From: Balanoglossus misakiensis
Lineage: Eukaryota; Animalia; Hemichordata
NCBI GenBank assembly: GCA_040954595.2
Contig: CM082587.2
Coordinates: 3,418,275-3,482,274, forward strand
DNA: 64,000 nt
Direction: 5' to 3'
In this document: piece after piece, positions 25,701-38,732 of the stretch
How the letters are laid out: every line of letters begins with the position of its first letter
Position numbering within the stretch: position 1 is the first letter of the stretch
Position numbers and translations under genes: made by a program
The notes under the pieces: model-generated
What the model was told of the DNA's origin: nothing
Database searches by the model: none
Seen by the model: the letters and a program-made list of their open reading frames with translations, nothing else

Positions 25701-28700
25701 AGTGTATTTGATGTGTCTACCATAGAAACAGTAACAAATTATTGATAAACTGCATCGATTTGCATGCACTCACAGAATATGTGGTCTCTGTCGTGTTGGG
25801 ATTGGCCGGCAAGCTGGCCACCAGAGGTTGGTCCGCCCACAAACCATAAATGAAGACATCCCCATCTGGCGAAGTCGTCTGATTTCCAAGCTGGGATTGG
25901 CTGATAGTAAACGTGAACACTTGGCCGTACGCTGTGCGTTTATCCCCATTGTAAGGATAGGACGACACGAAGAATAAGTCATCTGTGTTGTTTACTGGGT
26001 CTGTGATTTCCAAGACGTATCTGGAACAAATAGCATTTTGAAAAGACAACGGTCAAAATATATCTTTGAGACTACCGTAATATGTAGCAATGCAAACTAC
26101 CTTCTTCCTTGATGGAACCTCCCACCTCACCCTCCTTCACTTACCTTGATGAATCCCCTATAACGACTGGTATGTCCTCCACTGGAACATCTGTGCCATT
26201 CTCCAGATCGGTCGTACCACTCCACCTGGGAGCCACAGCTACCTCGTCAAGCAAGGACCAATCCGTGTACAGGTTGTAGTAGTTGTAGCTCTCGGACGTT
26301 GTGCAGTTTGTTGAATGGCCTGAGCAGGTGCAGGGTATGCAACCAAACTCATTCCAGGGTCCAAAACCGTAGTAATCTAGGGTGGGAAGAAATAATCATA
26401 TGATGCTGTAACCCATGTATTTCAATGTTTATCTTACCTCTGTATACAGAACTGAACACTGTTATGACACTGTTTATGAATACATGTACCGGTATGTACA
26501 CACTGTAAGTTCATATTCATAAAATATAGATGGCCGTTTTTAGTGTGTGAATAAACATGCAGTAACTGCTTACTTTCTTGACAAACATCACACTTCTCTC
26601 CAGTAGTGGCTGATTTACACTGGCATTCTCCACTGTCCACATCGCAGCCGTCTGCAGCGACGCCGTAGTCAGCGCATCCACACGACGTGCATCCATCGGA
26701 GGTCAAGTTGAAAAACCTGGTATTAGAGGATTATTGGGAGTGAGTTAGTGAATGTGCGGGGATGTGGAATTCACAGCTGGAAGGGATAGTGCACCTGGAA
26801 TGACTGCAGGAAAGACCATGGTGGCAGAGGTAAGTAACCATTCTCAGTTGACTGGAAGGACAGTTGGATGGATTTGGGGAATAAGAAGCCTATGGTTGAT
26901 GACATATGAATTATTAAAATGTGATATACTGGATGAATGACAGATGACGATTGTTAAATTTAATTTTACGGGCACATTAGGTGAGTGGCACTGTCTGGCA
27001 AATGGAATAAACAGAGAGACGTGAGGTCAGTATCAATATATACATGTATTGTACTCCACTAAAAAGAAATGAAATTGTGATGGGACTCTTTAGCCATCGC
27101 TAGATACAATTTTCAAACAAACAATTTGTGAGAAAACTTGTACCGAGCAAGAGCAGGACAGTACTGTGGGTTGATCCACTTACCCACTGAGACATTCCGT
27201 GCAATCTTGACCACCAATGCCAGGTTTACAATCACACTGCCCACTGTCTGCGCATTCATTGTTGAGTGAGTACATCATCTCACACGTACAAGGCACACAG
27301 CCATTCCCTGGAGAGAAAAAAACACCATTGGAGAAATATGAGTCAGGAAGGAGAAGCAAAAATGTACTATCTGTCAAAATATTTACTATTAAGTTAGTAG
27401 TGTAGTATATTAGTACATTGTATGTATATGGTATTCAAGCAATATGTTAGTACAATTCAACCATATGTATTTCATCATGCTATATGCATAAAAACAAGAA
27501 ACTGCAGTTTATACACAAAACAAAAACAGTTAAAAAAAAAACAGACAAAAGTTTCAGTTAATGAGGTAAATAGGCAAGAGTGTTAATGTAATACAATCGT
27601 AGACACGTTTAGGTTTGAACAATATAAGATACACAATATTAGCACACACACTACTAGTAGTTTGTTGACACAGATAATTATTTCACATTACAATCAACCA
27701 CGTAAATTCCACGGTGCACTCTACCTGTCGCATTTGTAGCATTGGCTGTAATAACACATGAAGAGGCCACAGATAACCAAAAGAAATCAAAACAAGGGGG
27801 AGAAAAATGTAAAATAAAAGATATTGATGTAGACTGAAAAAACAACTCATGAAATACCAAGTTCTATTGCAATTGATAACTGTATTATTAGATTAAAAAT
27901 CATCTTATGATAAAATGATTTGCAACATGTTTTAAACAAGTTACTAACAGGAAAATTTTGCAATGATGTCAAGACTAAATGTACTACCAGTACTTCTTTA
28001 CCGGGCCCACCGCATTGAATAAAAAACAACAACTTTAATAAAGTACATGTACTTTACTTACCCATGTAAAGCCCGTAGTATTCTTTGTCACAGACATCAC
28101 ACTTGGTACCGTTGACAAACGTCTTACATTGACAAATACCCGTACTTTCGTTACAAGCCAGTGACGAAGAACCTTGCTCGTGACAATTGCACGCTGTATA
28201 GAAATGGTTGGCATGAAATCGTGTCAGTAAGAGAAAAACAGAATTATCAGACAGAATTGTAGATACTTTCACAAATCATGAACAAGCAATATCAGAACAT
28301 GGGAATTAATTCGCATCACTTTGTCTTCTCACTGCGGTTAATCTCCACTCACCTGAGCAGCCCTGTCCAGATTGGTATCCATAGTGATACGCCGCGCAGT
28401 GATCGCATTGTCTTGAGATCACATTGCTCATGCACTGACACTGTCCTCCCTGTGGATCACACTGTGTACTTGCAACTGTTCCATCACCATTGCAGGAACA
28501 CGCTGAAACAAGCAAAGAAATAAAAAACATGAATTCATAATACGTATACATGTTAAATACACAGATCGAGAGAAACAGTCTGACACACACACATCTCTTC
28601 AACCTCCAATAACTTTCAAAACTCACTAAAACCATTTCAATTTTCAGGCCAATATCAAATACAAACATTCACCTATGGCACCATCGTACACTTCAGCCAT

Positions 28701-29197
28701 GATGGAAAATTCCACACGCGCACAGGTCAAGTTCTGTCTTGTTTCCGGGTCGACACTGACGATGGTATTCCAGCATTCGCCCATGGCAGCCTTAAGTTCA
28801 TCAGTTGTGTTTTCGTCATTGAAGAGATCTATATTTGCGAGACTTGGTAGCAATACTAGCTGTAAGTGCCACAGAAAATATTGAATTAACATGAATATAG
28901 GACAGAGATATTCAAAATCACACAATTGATTCATTGTCGAGTCTCACATCTCTGAACCAGAGCCAGAACTTTGACATATACATGTAGCTATACACATCTT
29001 TTTTTAAGTATCATCAAACCTACAATGCTATCACAGTACTCACCGAATCAAGTTTCAGAGTGTGACCGGTTTGACTGGGTGTTGTTACTGCGACCGTGAT
29101 GTCATATGGGGACCCGCCTTTGAGACACTGGGTGCCAAATTTATGAGAACCTGAGACAGAAATCAAAACATGGCAGGAATGTTATACTTGATGATAG

Positions 29198-29267
<70 letters not shown>

Positions 29268-32200
29268 AGGGACACAGATTCAACACAATGCAATGCACCC
29301 AGATGTCAATTAAACAGAATCTTATAGGGTCACTTACTTCCTTCACTAGCAATTGCCAAGGATGCTAGGATAGGGGTCGGAGTTCCTGATAGTGTGATGC
29401 CACTGCAGTCATATGGCCCTTCATTCTGAAGTGTTGGTGTTACTGTCACTGATGACCAGAGACTCTCGGTCTGAAATAAAGTACAATGCAGATAAGAAGT
29501 TGCTTTCCAGCTCAAGGTTTAGCTCTGGGCTGACCAAGCACCAGCATGGGTTAGCCCATTTCGCAGCATAGGATGCACACACACCAGAACAGGCCACAAT
29601 TACCTTTATATCACAGGCTGCAGAAACAATAGTGGGAATTATAGCCAACACTTGACCGACCCCTTGTATGTGCAAAGTGTACTGTGCAACATAGTTTATT
29701 TTCACTGGAATTTGCAATATCTTCACTTACATAGTATCTCAATACAATCTCATAATTCTGCGACCTGGGTAACTCGATCCCGGAAAATGTCACAACACTG
29801 TTTGCAGACACCACCAGAAATCCCGATCCGGTTGACAAGCCACCCTGTTCCACGCCTGGGGCCTCCAATATCACCACGTCCTACAGAATAAAATAATAAA
29901 GGAATAGAGAAAAAAAATATTTAAGGTGCGTTGTCTGTAGTGAATAATGGTAACCATCCTTTTCTGTGTTCCGTGAGTGAACCGTAGGCAATTTGACAAA
30001 TAGATCATTACTAACCCCACTATACGACGCCAGCTCTGCTTCCTGCATAATTCCGTCTAATCTTGGGACGAAGTAGCCAGGATCCGCTGTGTCGCATGCC
30101 CTTCCTGCGATGTTGTTAACCCGGCACTCGCATTGTCCTGAGTCCGGGTCGCATATGGGATCCATGGAACCCCCGGGATCACATCCGCATAGAGTGCATC
30201 CGTCCGGGTTTGACGCTTGCAGATTAAATGAACCAGACTGGGAATGAAGAGAGAGATCAAATGGAAATTTGTTATTTCAACTGTATGAGTTTGGAAATCA
30301 TTGATAGGTTTTTCTTTAGCATACAGCAATATGGTATATATCAGATAAATTAAATAAATGTCACTAAACTTAACATTGGTGACATCCAATGCTTTTCAAG
30401 AGTAGTTTTATTTTTTGAGGACTTTCACAGCTTTGAGGATTTTCAAATTATGGGACTTATACACAAAAACCTCCCAGATCATTTGCCGAATGTCCGTCAG
30501 TGTACGAGCCCTGTTCCGGGTTGGTCTTCCCGGATAATTTTATTCTCGGGAATCACCCACCTTGCATTGGTCACAGACTGCGCCCTCAGTGTTGGCTTTA
30601 CAGATACACTGCCCGGTGGTCTTGTCACAGAAGTTTGACGTGTCCTTTGAGCCGTCCTCAAAACAAGCACACGCTGTGTTGTGAATGAGAAAACAAATAT
30701 CAAGTAAATGACTTAGAAGACCCGGGTGGATGGATGTGTGTGTGTGTGTACATAAACACCTTAAGACACAGAATCTATAGTTTTATTTACTCACGTTCGC
30801 ATCCCTGTGGATTACCGGCATCCAGATTCCAGAACGTATCCTTACAGATGTCGCACGTCTGCCCTTCTACATTCTCCTTACACTGACATTGTCCGGTCGT
30901 TTGGTTGCAATATGTATTGGCAAACGTGCCCGCCTCACTACAGTTACATGCTGGAAAAAATATGCAAATGTAAAAATTAGTGATGTAATTGTTGACTTTT
31001 GATGTAGAAAAAAATTATCCGTTTAATGTTTACTAATTACAACATTGTTTTATTGATTTCATTAGAAACAGAACCTCGAAGTGCTCCAGAGCAAAGAGAG
31101 ATAGTGAGAGATCTCAGTGAATGATGTCCAAATCAAAGCGATACTTACAAATGCAGCTTTCATTGCAAGGGAAGGGAACCTCCGAGTCTGAACACAATCA
31201 AATAAAATGCACACAATGAAGAAAGCAAACATAATGGTTAAAACTGAAAAGTAAAGGTGACAAGACATCTGATAAAAGAAATGAATGAAAGCGTATGCGT
31301 TGAACAGCCATATGGATAAGACATGCTAAGTGCGTTCATCTGGGTGTGGTCGTTACTGATGTAATGAGCATAACAAATTCAAGCACACTGCTTCTGACAT
31401 CATCATGTGGTATGAATATCTATTATAGCAGCAGTGTCCATGCAGAACAGACCATGAATACAGCCATGAATACAGAACAAATCAAATCGCAGTACCACAG
31501 CTGGGCCAGTCAAAAAAAATTCCCGGAAACACACACCGGAACCATATAAAACAGTGCCGGCACCTTACCTATACAACTTTCGTTGACTCCAGGAAAAGCG
31601 TACGGATTCTTGAAGAAGGACAACTGACACGTTTCACACTTGTCTCCTGTGGTGTTGTCGGTGCAGTCTTCACACACTCCATATCTTTTGCTGTCGTCGT
31701 AGACGCAGCTGGTAGCATGGCCGTTACATCCACAGTCTGTGAGACAAAAAGACAGGACACATAGGACTGACACCCATCCACATCTTCATGTGATGTACTT
31801 CTTTCATATGCCTTTTCTTTTTCTTAGAAATTAAATCTTTCTATGGTTTCCTTACATTGTGACAGCTACTTGTACCTATCACTATTCCAAAATATCACTT
31901 GATTTTTTAGACATGTCAATTTTATACATGTCAATCAGAAATAGTGGCCTTACTAGAAAATTGATGCCACTTTCTTCATACCCAAGACATACAGGACATA
32001 CCTTCACAAGCATTAGCGTTTGTATCAACCCCAGCAAGCCATGGTTTGTTGTTGTACAGTGGCAAACACTTCTCACAGTTCTTGCCCATGGTGTTGTGTT
32101 GACACACACAGTCTGCTCCATTCTATATGAAATGGTGGAAAAGGTAGCAAGTTGTGGATTTACATATTTTTATCATTCAATCATAAAATAAAATGTTATA

Positions 32201-34436
32201 CTTTGAATCTTCTTTGTCACCATGCATGGTTTATTTTATCATCAAAATGTACTTGGCATAAAATCATCCATTTCTTTCTGAATGCCAGTGCACAAACGAG
32301 ATGACTCCTAAACATGACACAAATACATTGTACACATCACATGACACGCAACAGTTGGCGGTAGCATTATGACAAAGTACAAAGAGATCATACCAGTCAC
32401 CAGACAATAAAGGCACCGTAACCATGGTTACATGCATTCTCATTCTAAAAACAGAACAGTCCCTTTCTAATGTGCTAAACATCACTAAGTAATTGCAGAG
32501 CACTTCTGAATAATATAATAAATTAATAATAACAGCAAAAATATTTGAATTTAATCAAATATTTTTTAATGCAAATATTGTGTTTAATTTTAAGAATATA
32601 TGGGAAAGAGATAGGCTCTGCTGTACCCACCTCTCCTGTGCATTCTTCCGCATGTCCGAAACATATACACTGGCCGGACACTTCCCAGTCGGCTACGGCA
32701 TAGAAACTTCTCTCTGGGTCGCTCAGGAAAGGTGGCGTTACAAATGTTGCCCTGATGTCTGTGGCCAGGAAGTACTGCTCGGCCTCAAAGCTGAAATATT
32801 TCTCTCCAAACAAGTAGGCAGGGTTATAGATGACCTGGTGAAATGTGGAACAGAAACAATAAAAGATCATTCTTTGACTGCATGCTTATATTGAATATTT
32901 GAATGCCTCTTGACATTGTGTGAGAAGATGTAGGAGTAGGATTTTGTCTAAAAATGTTACCAATAATGATTTAATGATCAATAAAATTATGACGTCAACA
33001 TTTCTGGATTTATAGGATATAAACAGAATCACCAGATGTCTGGCAAAAAAAAGATGTTATAGATGAATTGTGTGAATGTATGGTAATATTTAGCCTGCAG
33101 CCCATTTGAAGAGCATCTGTACCCAGTTAAACTCCACTGTCTATAAATAGCACAAGGGAGGACGAATTGTAAGGTTACAAGAGCTAATGGCGCCATATAA
33201 TGCTGCTTCTGATTGGCTGATAACATGGGTCACCCAAAAATGCCGCTCCTGATTGCCATTGGCTGATAACATAGGCCACATCAAAGGTGTATGACCTTCA
33301 AATCTCTGTTATTTGTTGACAGTAAATTATCTGTGAATTTTCCCCAAACATTCTTTAAATACGAGTTTTCAGGTCATTTTAAATTTCTTGCCATTTTCAG
33401 GAATTTAACATATTACCAAGAAAACAGAGAATACGTTTTATACATCATGACAGTGGGGGAACAGCCAGGGTCATGCATACCAGTGGATGAAACCAATTAT
33501 GTGCATATTGACCATTTGACTATCATTTTGATCAACAAGGCTTTGCATCAATTTATCCTTATTAAAACTCATGGTCACTTTCCCCATGACCATAAATCAT
33601 GCCAGATTACCATATTTGAGACTGTTTAAACACTCTATATTCATAGTTATGTAACCCAAAGTATAGAAATATCACATTATTTTATTTCTGCAGGTCATCT
33701 GATACTGAATACTAGATGTTGCTTGTTCTACTTTACTAATTTTAGTAAAAAAGGTACCATCAAATACTCCATCCTAATAAAAGTTTGACATGTCCATGAG
33801 AATACTTGGAATTCTTACTTGTTGAATATTCCCAGGGACCATGGTCAAATCATCTCCCAAGAAATACGCCTCGATGCACGTTGCCTGAAGAACTGACTGC
33901 TGCTCCACTAACTCCGAGATGGGTTGCCCGGGAAACCGGGCGGCGCAGTCATCAGCGTAGTACTGCAGCTCTTTCCAGGTGGTGCCGTTGTCCACGCTGG
34001 TCTCTATGTACATGCTGAGGGGCCGAGAGCTGCGGAAGGAGATGACCATCTCCTGGAGGAGGAACTCGTCGTTTAGAGACAGTGTCAATTGGGTCTGCGT
34101 TGGTTCGTTCACGGACTGCCACCAAGTGTTCAGGTTCGACGCGTCGCCCTGCATGTCGTGCAGGTACTCAGCCGGGTGCATGTCGTCCGGGTCAGTCGCA
34201 TTGCACAGGAGATACTCCAGAATGAGGTCATCATTTTCGTCCACCGTGGCCAGGTAGTAATTGTTGGGCGGGCTGCCGCACGTGGAAGTAACAAACACGG
34301 TCCTGTTTGTGTACTCGGGAAGGATGAGATCCTCAAACGGGGGATAGCAGGCTTTGTTCACACATTCACCTGTGTCCTGTGCAACAGTTGCCATAGCAAC
34401 GAGCACAAGAAAAACAAGAGCACCAAGATAATTCAT
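19777..34436 (-). CDS. Laminin chain with hybrid architecture: signal peptide - LN - LE repeats - LF (beta-type IV) - LE repeats - L4 (gamma-type IV) - LE repeats - coiled coil
   Basis: Multi-exon gene starting [22 protein letters not shown] motifs [49 protein letters not shown]; many 8-Cys LE repeats; LF at ~30060-28675; L4 at ~26370-25240; roughly 600 aa heptad region; last exon 19919-19777 ends SDIQCNTG*. Confidence 0.92.
29199..29267. repeat. (GAT)n microsatellite, about 23 units, intronic
   Basis: Uninterrupted GAT run in a laminin intron. Confidence 0.95.
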
Positions 34437-37400
34437 TGTTTGTTCACTCTCTTGGAATGGCTAAAAGTATAAATCTTCTGCCAGGTGAGTTTCTTGCCCT
34501 CACCTCCTCTTTAATTCATCTGTGCTATCTGCAAAAGAAAACACAAATACACAATCATTAAATTTTAAGCAATATGACTCAAAGATGGTTCATTCTTGGC
34601 CCTGATGACAGATTTGTAATGTTAAAGTTTCATTTGTATTCATTTGCTTTCATCTCAAAATCTCAATCCACTTTCAGTGAAAGTGATGGTAACACATGTT
34701 GCACACACACTCACGTCCTGTTTGCCCTTTTCATGCTCGTCAAAAGCAAACACACAGAACAAAGGCATGCACAAATAAACTAAATTAGTCAATAATACAA
34801 AGCTGAAAATTCACAATACAAAAGGATCCTGATGTCTGAGAAATTTTCATGTTATAATAAATTAAGTATGCATGTTACAAAATATCAGTTCATTGGGTGT
34901 GGTCATTTTAAAACTATATACATGACTCACCAGGTTTACATGTTTTATCTTTTTTTGTGTAAAAGAATGGATTTCTTCTGGACATAAATGCTTAGTGTAC
35001 AGTGTAGTAGCAGGCCAATAAAATTTGAATTAGTATCTATTTAGGGATTGCATATTGAAGATTAATTACTCTATGTCTAAGAGACTAAATTACATAGCGT
35101 ATGTATATTACAAGCTGCGTTTAGTGCGTGTGTGCGCGCGCGCGTGCTGTAACTTTCAAGGAATATGGGCGCGCTATAAGGACGCGCACGCGTTCTTTTA
35201 ATAGCTACATAGAAAAGGGCATTGAGGATATAAATTGCGTGGAGTTGTAATATTCCATTCACGATCACCCATTCGGTGCAGCTGTGGTGTGAGACTACAA
35301 CAGCTTTATGCAATTTTGTGGTTCCATTTTAAAACGTAAATGTTTTCCCCCCTGAGAAATCAATATATCTCCACTCAATTCAACTTAATTTTTTGAGCTG
35401 AAAATCTAAACAATCTATTGTTGCAATAATTATATTTAGAAATATCACGGAGCTTCTACATATGATTATATCGTGGTTATAATTACGACATATTGTATCG
35501 TATTGTTTACGTTTGAAAGTGCACCAAACGTTTTTAATAGTACATGTATTAACAACATGTATTTTCGTTTTGCTCTCTTTCATCACTTCAAAAGCATCTA
35601 CCACACTCATAGGAAATCGGGAGAGTTAAAGATTCTGCTGTTATACATATCATATGGTCAAATCGAAGGCTTACCTTACTGTCATATTAATGGAGAGAAT
35701 TCCCGGGTATATATGGTCGACATGTAAATTATAAGCGTACCCTGTCCACTTTACCACTTTCACTGACTGACACCTAAGTGTTAGTCGTGTGGCGCGCTTT
35801 TGTCATGTAAATTTAGGTTAGGCTAGGGTTGGGAGAATTGAACAAAAACCATTGTGGTGTATATCTTTCCGTCTCACTTTTACTATGTATGTTTTCTAAG
35901 CTTATGTCACTATTGTAAACATGGCAGATTATTATTAAATAAATATAAATTACATATATAAACATTTTCTTTCATTTTGGGATTGTGAAATTCCTATTTT
36001 TCTCTCTCGCATTTCACTTTTTTACTTGCAACTTTTAAGTGGTAGTAGGACAAAGTAACGCAAATATCCTTCAGTCTTTGCTTTATTAAATGCACACAAA
36101 TATACTGACATTGATATCATTGAGTGGGGTTTGTCTTCGATTTGACCATATGCTATGTACAGCAGCATAACTCTTCTTACTTTTAATTCCTGTGGTTTCA
36201 TAGCGAGGAAAAAAAGCTTGCCTGTTGCCTTGGTTATTTTGCTCAGTGGCAAAGGAGTAAAACATAAACTCAACGGAAATTGCCGCACATAAGAGGAAAT
36301 TTGCTGAGCAATATTTTCGAATGACATTTTCCTCAGATCATTTACAATATGCGGTTTTAGTTCAAACAGGTTTTGGTGGTGATATTAAACCTTTCGCACT
36401 GTCCGCCTATGTCAATTACAGTCATCGATAGTGTCGCCACCAACGGCGGGTATGACAAATGTATTAATTTGCATATGGTCATGTGATATGTAATTCTTTT
36501 GTTTTTTCACAATGGGTGCCCGGCTTTTGACATCCGAACACGACAAATCTTTCGCAGAGAACTAAAGGCAAGTAAACAGTACATTATTCGCCAGCAAAAG
36601 TCAGATACAGGCGTTTTTATTCAGAGAACAATTTAACAAAGAGATCAGTTATGTTACATGTTTGTCTTGAAATATTTCGAGCTTGTAAGATGACCAACTT
36701 TTCGCGTCAAAAGATGCGGTGGTATTCTTTGTATAATTGTTGTTGTTGGGGTTGCCGCTAAGTTACTCATGTTATGAGAAAACTTTTCATCTGGGGAAAA
36801 TTTGAAAGGCAACTCGATTTAACTTAATTTATTTTTTGTGGTGACATCATAAAGTGATATGACATGTGATTATATGCAAATAGAAAAGTTTATGGTCACG
36901 TGGTCTTACATTTATGACGTCACAACAATTGTTCAATTCGGTCAGTGTTTTCTGTTTTTAAACCGCAACGCTAACACCAGGCTATTAAGTAAGTTAAATT
37001 TATAATTTATTTTTTTACTCCCTGACATTCTTGCGTTTCCTTTATGTCACTGTGGTATTTATTTCGAAACTTTTCAGTACACAGTGAGTTGCGTTTTCTT
37101 CCTGTAAATGAATATTTTGCCCATGGGAAAAGTTTGAAAAACTTGGTGTTTAGAAATTTCGCGCAAGGCAGAGGGTAATCAATGCTTTTTTATCGTGAAC
37201 TTTACCATCGGAAAGGGGTTTTCCTTCCTGTTGGTGCTTTTGACGCGGACGAAACCAGATTTTGGCAAGACGGCGAGTATATTGCTTTTCAATGTTCATA
37301 TCACATAGTACATGTACACATCACCGTAAAATTGTGCCGCGAACACAGACGCACCGTCAGAAATATACGAAACTTTCCAGGAGAACAGTTCAACAGTGGG

Positions 37401-37891
37401 AGGTTTGCTACTCAAAGAATCATTTGGGTTCAAGATCAACATTAGTGTGAATCTTACAACAGCACAAGGCTGATTGTGGGAACCTAGCTCTGCGTGGCAG
37501 GGCTGCAGCAGCTCTGCTCACCTAATACATTACTATGACGTCATTCATCTCGACCAATTAAAATGCGACGCACAGGCCATGGTAATATAATACAGTATAT
37601 ATACGCAAAGCTGGCGATTCCAAACAGATCTATTTCGCGTGGTTTCGACTAGAATTTCCATCTGTGAACCAAAACTTGTGGACGGATAGCCGTTATCGAC
37701 CACAACTTATCCCATACGGGACGACTGAGCGCCCCAAACACCCCACAACTTGTAGAACGGCCCTCTTTTGTACTTTATCCGAGGAAAATCTTCACACCCG
37801 CAGCCATCTTGAATGTCACTCGCGCACGAATATTAGCAGTGCATTATGGGTACCTGATTAGGACGATACTCACCCTTTAATTTAACATGCA

Positions 37892-38450
37892 ATATGATTT
37901 TGCCTAACTGTAAACCATAGGGCATGGATGGTTGTTTACGGTGACTGGACATTTGTGGCCTAACTCAGTAGGCAGGGTGATAATAATTAATGGTGGCATA
38001 TGATTTTGCCTAACCGTTCACCAGTGGGCCTTATGTCTGTTTATGGTGGCATAAGATTTTGCCTAACTGTTAATCGTTGGGCCTGATGTCTGTTAATGGT
38101 GGCATGTGATTTTGCCTAACCGTTCACCACTGAACGGTTAGGCAAAATCCCATGCCACCATAAATAGACATCAGGCCCAATGGTCAACGGTTAGGCAAAA
38201 TCACATGCCACCATAAACAGCCACCCATGCCCAACGGTCAACAGTTAGGCAAAATCATGTGCCACCATAAACAGACATCAGGCCCAATGGTCAACAGTTA
38301 AGCAAATTCATATGGCACCATAAACAGACATCATCAGGCACAATGGTTAACAGTTAGTTAAAATCATATGCCACCATAAACAGACATCATCAGGCCCAAT
38401 GGTTAACAGTTAGGTAAAATCATATGTCACCATAAATAACAGTTAAGTGC
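37892..38450. repeat. 53-bp satellite array in two opposed orientations (fold-back)
   Basis: Unit GGTTAGGCAAAATCNCATGCCACCATAAANAGACATCAGGCCCAATGGTCAAC occurs about 6 times right of 38131 and about 4 times as reverse complement left of 38126. Confidence 0.9.
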
Positions 38451-38616
38451 AAGTTAGGTAAACATTTCGGACATGTAACAAATTCATCCAAGTCTCCAAT
38501 CCAAGGTGACCCCTTATGTTGGCGTTAAAAACACAAGTATGTGATTGGTCGATTAGTAAGACTGTGATAAATATGCATATTCATGAACCAGAACTACTTT
38601 GAATGATCTTAATTAC

Positions 38617-38732
38617 CATATCATGTGACTATATGCAAATAAAAAAGTGCGTAGTCGTCATATCATGTGACTATATGCAAATAGAAAAGTGCGTAGTCGT
38701 CATATCATGTGACTATATGCAAATAGAAAAGT
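38617..38732. repeat. 42-bp tandem repeat x2.7 containing TCATGTGA and octamer ATGCAAAT
   Basis: CATATCATGTGACTATATGCAAATARAAAAGTGCGTAGTCGT starting at 38617, 38659 and 38701. Confidence 0.9.

Noticed and set aside
35124-35195. Alternating purine-pyrimidine and GCGC-rich tract (Z-DNA or NRF1-like) upstream of the laminin gene
   Set aside because: Short, and not tied to a demonstrable start site from sequence alone.
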